From NCBI GenBank assembly GCA_963770565.1, contig CAVYQE010000001.1, positions 1,312,001 through 1,376,000 on the forward strand: a DNA stretch of 64,000 nucleotides. Reading direction: 5' to 3'. Positions within the stretch are counted from its first letter, which is position 1. Every line of letters starts with the position of its first letter. Under the pieces are notes generated by a model. The model was not told the origin of the DNA and did no database searches. It saw nothing but the letters and a program-made list of their open reading frames with translations. Shown here in pieces: positions 58,719-64,000 of this stretch. The translations under genes and the position numbers were made by a program. This DNA comes from an uncultured Actinomycetota bacterium. GTDB taxonomy: Bacteria > Actinomycetota > Actinomycetes > JAFAQI01.

Positions 58719-59306
58719 ATGGACCCGTTCACGACGCACACCGGCCGCGCAGTGCCGTTGCGGCGCAGCAATGTCGACACTGACCAGATCATCCCGGCCG
58801 AGTATCTCAAGCGGGTGACCCGCACGGGTTTTGCCGACGGGCTGTTCCGGGCCTGGCGCAACGATCCGGACTTCGTCCTCAACGACCCGCGGTACGACGG
58901 TGCGACCGTGCTCGTTGCCGGACCCGACTTCGGCACCGGTTCCTCGCGCGAGCACGCGGTCTGGGCGTTGCAGGACCACGGTTTTCGGGCGGTCGTGTCA
59001 CCGCGCTTCGCGGATATCTTTCGTGGCAACGCGTTGAAGGGCGGACTGCTCCCGGTCGAGCTCCCCGACGACGTCGTCGCGACGTTGCAGGACATTGTCG
59101 AAGCCGATCCTGACGCCGAGGTGACCGTGGACCTCGTCGATCGCATGGTGCGCGCACCGGGCCTCGAGGCGCCCTTCGCGATCGACGACTACACCCGTTG
59201 GCGGTTGATGGAAGGTCTCGATGACATCGGTCTCACCCTTCGCAATGTGGACGACATCACGGCGTACGAGTCGCGCCGTTCGCACTGGATGCCCGTGACC
59301 AACTGA
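58719..59306 (+). CDS. leuD: 3-isopropylmalate dehydratase small subunit
   Basis: [40 protein letters not shown]. Confidence 0.97.
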   Translation: MDPFTTHTGRAVPLRRSNVDTDQIIPAEYLKRVTRTGFADGLFRAWRNDPDFVLNDPRYDGATVLVAGPDFGTGSSREHAVWALQDHGFRAVVSPRFADIFRGNALKGGLLPVELPDDVVATLQDIVEADPDAEVTVDLVDRMVRAPGLEAPFAIDDYTRWRLMEGLDDIGLTLRNVDDITAYESRRSHWMPVTN

Positions 59307-59444
59307 GTCGATTCGACCGCCGAACGAGTCAAATTTGACGCGCCAGCAGAAAAAGTTGGCCGGAATCGTTGTATGCAGAGCGAATCCGCCCTAGCGTCCA
59401 GCGTCAGGTCGAGGGCGGTCCTCGACGAAAGACGGAGGGTGCAC

Positions 59445-59987
59445 GTGAACAGGGCCGATCTGATCGATGTGATCCGTGACCGTCTCGCCACGGACAAGAA
59501 AACGGCAGAGTCCGCCGTCGACGCAGTGCTTGACACGATCCAGCGTGCGGTCGCGACGGGAGAGCGCGTAGCCATCACTGGCTTCGGTGTTTTCGAGAAG
59601 GTCGAGCGTGCCGCACGAACCGGGCGCAACCCGCGCACCGGCGAGACGGTTCGCGTGAAGAAGACCTCGGTGCCGAAGTTCCGTCCGGGCACGCAGTTCA
59701 AGGGCGTCGTCAGCGGCGCGATCAAGCTCGGCCGGGTTGCCGACGCGGCGACGAAGGCCGCAGCGAAGTCGGCGTCGGCGGGGCCGCGCAAGGCGACCTC
59801 AGCCGCGCGCAGTGCTGCGAAGAAGGCGGCCAAGGCACCGGCGAAGAAGGCTGCGGCAAAGCGGGCTCCCGCGAAGAAGGCGCCGGCCAAGAAGGCGCCC
59901 GCGAAGAAGGCCGCCGCGAAGAGGGCGCCGGCCAAGAAGACGACCGCCAAGAAGACGACCGCCAAGAAGACCACGGCGCGTCGCTAA
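59445..59987 (+). CDS. hupB: HU-family DNA-binding protein with a PAKK-repeat tail (HupB/HupS-like)
   Basis: [22 protein letters not shown], plus Lys/Ala/Pro repeat tail. GGAGG RBS. Confidence 0.9.
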   Translation: MNRADLIDVIRDRLATDKKTAESAVDAVLDTIQRAVATGERVAITGFGVFEKVERAARTGRNPRTGETVRVKKTSVPKFRPGTQFKGVVSGAIKLGRVADAATKAAAKSASAGPRKATSAARSAAKKAAKAPAKKAAAKRAPAKKAPAKKAPAKKAAAKRAPAKKTTAKKTTAKKTTARR

Positions 59988-59997
59988 GAACGACAAC

Positions 59998-60046
59998 GCG
60001 AACGGCCCGACGGCAGGCGCACAGCGCTCGCCGGCGGGCCGTTCGT
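59998..60046. terminator. Long GC hairpin between convergent genes
   Basis: GCGAACGGCCCG...CGGGCCGTTCGT inverted repeat. Confidence 0.65.
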
Positions 60047-60050
60047 GGCA

Positions 60051-60284
60051 TCAGGGCGTCGGATCCGGGAACGTGACCAGCGTCACGAGCTCGACGGCTC
60101 CGTCATCGCCGAGGCGCAAGCGCACTCGTTGACCCACCCTCAGCAGCCGCAGGCCGCTCGGGTCGAATGCGACCGCCCCGAACTCCTTGACGCTTCCGTC
60201 GTCGAGTAACACGTCGCCACTGTGCGTCCCGGGATCGAAATCGCGGACCGTCGCCTGTACGGTGCGCCCGGCAAAGGAGCTCAC
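60051..60284 (-). CDS. Small cold-shock/OB-fold-like protein downstream of cofC
   Basis: QATVRDFD..T.SGDVLLDDG...F...AF..SGLRLLRVGQRV. GTGA overlap with the cofC stop. Confidence 0.7.
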   Translation of the reverse strand: MSSFAGRTVQATVRDFDPGTHSGDVLLDDGSVKEFGAVAFDPSGLRLLRVGQRVRLRLGDDGAVELVTLVTFPDPTP

Positions 60285-60937
60285 CGCATCCGGCCGATCT
60301 GCTCGCTCCACAGCGCGCGGACCGCGCGCGTCGTGTCGGTCCCCACCCCGAGTGCGATGGCTGCCTCGAGGGCCTCCAGGGTGTCGACATCGTGCCGTAG
60401 TGCGGGGGCAGCATCGGCAGTGAGGTCAACCGCGCCGGCCGCCACGTGGGCGGCCCGCGAGCCGGCGCCGAAGGCGGGACCGAAGTTGTCGATCCCGAGC
60501 GCGGTCAGCACCGTTGTACCGATGCCGCCGGCGTCCGCGACGACGGCGACCGGATGCTCGGCGGCCAGGCACAGCACCCGGTCGAGGTCGGCCGAAGCGA
60601 GCGCGGGCAGGTCGGCGGACAGCGCCGCGACCTTGGGGGAGACGGCCAGGGTCGCGCCGTGCTGCAACGCCGGATTCAGGCCTGCGTCGGGCTGGTCGTC
60701 GATGACCCTGGCACCCAGCGCGCCGAGCGCGCTCCGGGCCCGTTCGTCGCTGGTGATGACGATCACCTCGGCGACCTCCTCGGCTCCGAGCGCGGCCCGC
60801 ACGGTGTCGGCGGCCATGGCCAGCGCGAGGTCGGCTCGAGCCGTGGCGGGAATCGCGATCCGGGTCTTGGCCGCGTCGAGCCGCTTGACCGGGATGAGCA
60901 CCGACCATTGATCGCGGTCTGCTCTCACATCTGGCAT
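60281..60937 (-). CDS. cofC: 2-phospho-L-lactate/PEP guanylyltransferase (F420 biosynthesis)
   Basis: IPVKRLDAAKTR, GLNPAL, ADLPAL, GIGTT, FGAGSRAAH, DVDTLEAL. Confidence 0.9.
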   Translation of the reverse strand: MPDVRADRDQWSVLIPVKRLDAAKTRIAIPATARADLALAMAADTVRAALGAEEVAEVIVITSDERARSALGALGARVIDDQPDAGLNPALQHGATLAVSPKVAALSADLPALASADLDRVLCLAAEHPVAVVADAGGIGTTVLTALGIDNFGPAFGAGSRAAHVAAGAVDLTADAAPALRHDVDTLEALEAAIALGVGTDTTRAVRALWSEQIGRMR

Positions 60938-60988
60938 CCTCGCAAAGACAGCAGTCGAGTCGACTCGGCGGACCGGTCGGAGGTCGTG

Positions 60989-61696
60989 GTGCGATACGGG
61001 CGGTTGGGGTTCTGGTACCGCCTGGTCGTCGTGGTCGCCGCGCCACCGCTGCGGATCACGACGATCCGCGACTGGCGGCGTCAGGATCGCATCCCGCGCT
61101 CGGGCGGCTTCATCCTCGCCGCCAACCACATCAGCTACGTCGACCCGATGACGCTCGGGCTCTATGTCCTCGACACTGGCCGGGTGCCGAAATACCTCGC
61201 GAAGTCCACCCTGTTCGAGAAGCCGCTGATCAAGTACGTCTTCATCGGCGCCAAGCAGATCCCGGTCTATCGCGGTACCTCGGACGCCGCCAACGCGCTG
61301 ACCCCCGCGGTCGAGGCGGTCAATGCCGGTGAGTGCGTCCTGATCTACCCCGAGGGCACTGCGACCCGTGACCCGGACTGCTGGCCGATGAAGGCCCGGA
61401 CCGGGGTCGCGCGGCTCGCGCTGATGACCGGTGCGCCGGTCGTGCCGGTCGCCCAGTGGGGCCCGCAGCGGCTGTGGCGCTACAAGCAGAAGTTCCCGCG
61501 GCCGTTCCCGCGCAAGAGGGTGCAGATCCTTGCCGGACCGCCGGTCGACCTTTCGGCGTACGCCGGGCAACCGATGACGGCCGAGGTGTTGCGCGCAGCC
61601 ACCGACGAGATCATGGCTCGGATCACCGACCTTTTGGTCGAGCTTCGTGGCGGCCGGCCGCCCGCCGTCACCTACGACCCGCGGATGGCGGCATGA
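60989..61696 (+). CDS. plsC: 1-acyl-sn-glycerol-3-phosphate acyltransferase
   Basis: ANHISYVD (HX4D), LAKSTLF, IYPEGT, TGVARLA. Confidence 0.9.
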   Translation: MRYGRLGFWYRLVVVVAAPPLRITTIRDWRRQDRIPRSGGFILAANHISYVDPMTLGLYVLDTGRVPKYLAKSTLFEKPLIKYVFIGAKQIPVYRGTSDAANALTPAVEAVNAGECVLIYPEGTATRDPDCWPMKARTGVARLALMTGAPVVPVAQWGPQRLWRYKQKFPRPFPRKRVQILAGPPVDLSAYAGQPMTAEVLRAATDEIMARITDLLVELRGGRPPAVTYDPRMAA

Positions 61697-62703
61697 CTCG
61701 CGCCGCGGTGATCGGTGCCGGCTCGTGGGGCACCGCCTTCGCCCAGGTCCTGGTGGATTCCGGCACCGACACGATCCTGTGCGCCCGGCGCGACGAGATC
61801 TCGAACGCCATCAACGACCTGCACGAGAACCCCGACTACCTGCCGCGGATCACCCTTCCCCGTAGCCTGCGGGCCACCAGCGATCCGGCCGAGGCACTGC
61901 GCGGCGCCGATCTGGTCGTCTTGGCCGTGCCGTCCCAGACCTTGCGCGACAACCTGCTCGCCATCGTCGACCTGATCCCCCGCGACGCGGTGCTGGTCAG
62001 CTTGATGAAGGGAGTGGAACTCGGGACCGACAAGCGGATGACCGAGGTCCTCAGCGAGGTCGTCGACGTGCCGAGCGGCCAGGTCGTCGCGGTCTCGGGA
62101 CCGAACCTCGCACGCGAGATCGCGCTGCGCGAACCGGCTGCGGCAGTGGTGGCCTGCACCGACCTCGACGTGGCCGGCCGGGTGCAGCTCGCATGCCACT
62201 CGGGCTATTTCCGTCCGTATCGCAACCACGACGTGATCGGCTGCGAGTTCGGCGGCGCGGTCAAGAACGTGATCGCGATCGCGGTCGGGATGGCTGCGGG
62301 ACTCGGTTTCGGCGACAACGCCCGGGCCTCGATGATCACGCGCGGCCTGGCCGAGATCGCCCGGATCGGTGTCGCACTCGGTGCTGAGCCGCTCACCTTT
62401 GCCGGTCTGGCCGGGATGGGCGACCTGGTCGCCACCTGCTCGTCGCCGCTGTCGCGAAACCGCACCTTCGGCGAGGACCTCGGCCGGGGCTTGACCGTCG
62501 AGCAGGTGCTGGCGAAGACGAAGCAGACCGCGGAAGGCGTCAAGTCGTGCCGGTCGATCCTCGACCTGGCCGTGAAGCACAGCGTCGCGGCGCCGATCAC
62601 CGAGCATGTTGTCAAAGTGGTCGACGAAGGGATGACGGTGCCCGCGATGATGGCATCGTTGTTGGCGAGTGACCCCAAACACGAGCAGGATGCCGATGTC
62701 TGA
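61693..62703 (+). CDS. gpsA: NAD(P)H-dependent glycerol-3-phosphate dehydrogenase
   Basis: GAGSWGTA, KGVE, SGPNLAREI, GAVKNVIAIA, GMGDLVATCSS..SRN. Confidence 0.96.
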   Translation: MTRAAVIGAGSWGTAFAQVLVDSGTDTILCARRDEISNAINDLHENPDYLPRITLPRSLRATSDPAEALRGADLVVLAVPSQTLRDNLLAIVDLIPRDAVLVSLMKGVELGTDKRMTEVLSEVVDVPSGQVVAVSGPNLAREIALREPAAAVVACTDLDVAGRVQLACHSGYFRPYRNHDVIGCEFGGAVKNVIAIAVGMAAGLGFGDNARASMITRGLAEIARIGVALGAEPLTFAGLAGMGDLVATCSSPLSRNRTFGEDLGRGLTVEQVLAKTKQTAEGVKSCRSILDLAVKHSVAAPITEHVVKVVDEGMTVPAMMASLLASDPKHEQDADV

Positions 62704-63985
62704 CGACTTCCCCACGTCGAGCGACCGCCCTCCCAACCTTCCGATCGTGGATCCGTCCGAGCTTGCGCCCGGCTCCGAGAACACCCGCTCCGTGCACGTG
62801 CCGCGGCCGGACTTCAGCACGGTGCGCTCGGTGGGTCTGCCGACGTACCGGAGCGCCACGTTCGAGTTCGAACGGACCCAGGACTACGCCGACGTCCTCA
62901 ACGACCGGGAGTCGGGATACAGCTACAGCCGGATCGACAACCCGACCGCGAATGCCTTCGTGCTCGGCCTGGCGGCACTCGAGGCGCACGGTCACGACCG
63001 GCCGGTCGCGGCGCAGCCGTTCGCCTCGGGGATGGGTGCGATCTCCACCGTGTTCCTCGCGCTGTGCGAGGCCGGCGGCCATGTCGTGGCACCGGCCGCG
63101 GTCTACGGCGGCACCTACGGGCTGATCCAGCACATCCTGGCCAGGTTCGGCGTCTCGGCCACGTTCGTCGACATGACCGACCTCGACGCGGTGCGCAGCG
63201 CGGTGCGGGACGACACCGCGCTGGTGTGGGCCGAGACGATCGCCAACCCGACCACCGCGGTCACCGATCTCCCGGGTGTCGCTTCGATCTGCCGGGAGGC
63301 CGGGGTCCCGTTCTGCGTCGACAGCACGTTTGCGCCGCCGCCGGTCTGCCGGCCCTTGCGTTGGGGTGCCGACCTGGTGGTCCACTCCGCGACGAAGTAC
63401 CTCGGCGGGCACTCCGACGTCACCGGTGGCGCGGTGGTCGGTGACATTGCCCTCGTCGCCCGGGTGCGGGCGGCTCGGGTCGACCTCGGCGCCAGCCTGG
63501 CGCCCGACGAGGCGTTCCTCCTGCACCGTGGGCTGGCCACGCTGCCGTTGCGGGTCGAGCGACACTGTGCGAGCGCGCACGCGGTGGCCGAGGCGCTGGT
63601 CGGCCATCCCGCGGTGGAGCGGATCGACTATCCCGGCCTCGCCACCCACCCGCAGCACGCGCTCGCCGGCAAGCTCTTCGAGTCCGGTCCGGCCGGCCAG
63701 CGGTACGGCGCGATCCTCAGCATCACGCCGCGCGGCGGCCGCCAGGCCGGCTTCGGGCTCGCCGACGGCCTGTCGATCGGAATGGTCGCCACCAGCCTGG
63801 GCGGGGTGCACACCGTGGTCAGCCACGTCGCCTCCACGACCCACCGCCAGTTCGACGACGCGGCGTTGGCAGCGGCCGGTATCTCGCCGGGCACCGTGCG
63901 CTTCAGCATCGGGCTCGAGGACGCCGACGACCTCGTCGCCGACATCGAACGCGCGCTCGATGCGATCGCCCGGTCCCGAGGATGA
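62696..63985 (+). CDS. PLP-dependent Cys/Met transsulfuration enzyme (cystathionine gamma-synthase/lyase family)
   Basis: YSRIDNPT, FASGMGAI, ETIANP, VDSTFA, HSATKYLGGHSD, SLGGVHT, RFSIGLED. Confidence 0.9.
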   Translation: MSDDFPTSSDRPPNLPIVDPSELAPGSENTRSVHVPRPDFSTVRSVGLPTYRSATFEFERTQDYADVLNDRESGYSYSRIDNPTANAFVLGLAALEAHGHDRPVAAQPFASGMGAISTVFLALCEAGGHVVAPAAVYGGTYGLIQHILARFGVSATFVDMTDLDAVRSAVRDDTALVWAETIANPTTAVTDLPGVASICREAGVPFCVDSTFAPPPVCRPLRWGADLVVHSATKYLGGHSDVTGGAVVGDIALVARVRAARVDLGASLAPDEAFLLHRGLATLPLRVERHCASAHAVAEALVGHPAVERIDYPGLATHPQHALAGKLFESGPAGQRYGAILSITPRGGRQAGFGLADGLSIGMVATSLGGVHTVVSHVASTTHRQFDDAALAAAGISPGTVRFSIGLEDADDLVADIERALDAIARSRG

Positions 63986-64000
63986 AGCGGACAGCAGCCA

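Noticed and set aside
59820-59975. GCCAAGAAG-type tandem repeats
   Set aside because: They encode the PAKK/TAKK tail of the HU-like protein.

Overview
High-GC actinobacterial chromosomal segment, mostly core metabolism. Gene order: acyl-CoA mutase tail, CnoX-like thioredoxin, enoyl-CoA hydratase, heterodimeric ABC exporter, MFS, RamB/PrpR-like regulator divergent from aceA, etfBA, cysteine desulfurase-mnmA, MetE-core, ligA, a GGDEF-EAL gene, gatCA, a peptide ABC operon with two tandem binding proteins, def, gatB. This is followed by a large branched-chain amino acid region (ilvD, ilvBNC, serA, leuA, leuB, ilvE, cimA, IclR, leuCD) containing gltX and tRNA-Gln/tRNA-Glu, then hupB, cofC, plsC, gpsA and a transsulfuration enzyme. 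Less ordinary features: (1) a solo phage-type zinc-finger/HNH nuclease gene that runs head-on into tRNA-Glu behind a RecA-NDp (PafBC)-like promoter; (2) a DUF222-HNH gene separated from its PafBC+LexA promoter by a decayed IS481 with a 15-bp target duplication; (3) a 58-aa, 8-Cys protein after aceA that the ORF track missed; (4) three apparently leaderless leader peptides (ILV, LLLL, TTII) upstream of ilvB, leuA and cimA; (5) a nested REP-like palindrome; (6) three clustered frameshifts at the gatA end, probably assembly errors. All calls come from reading motifs by eye; no database searches were run.
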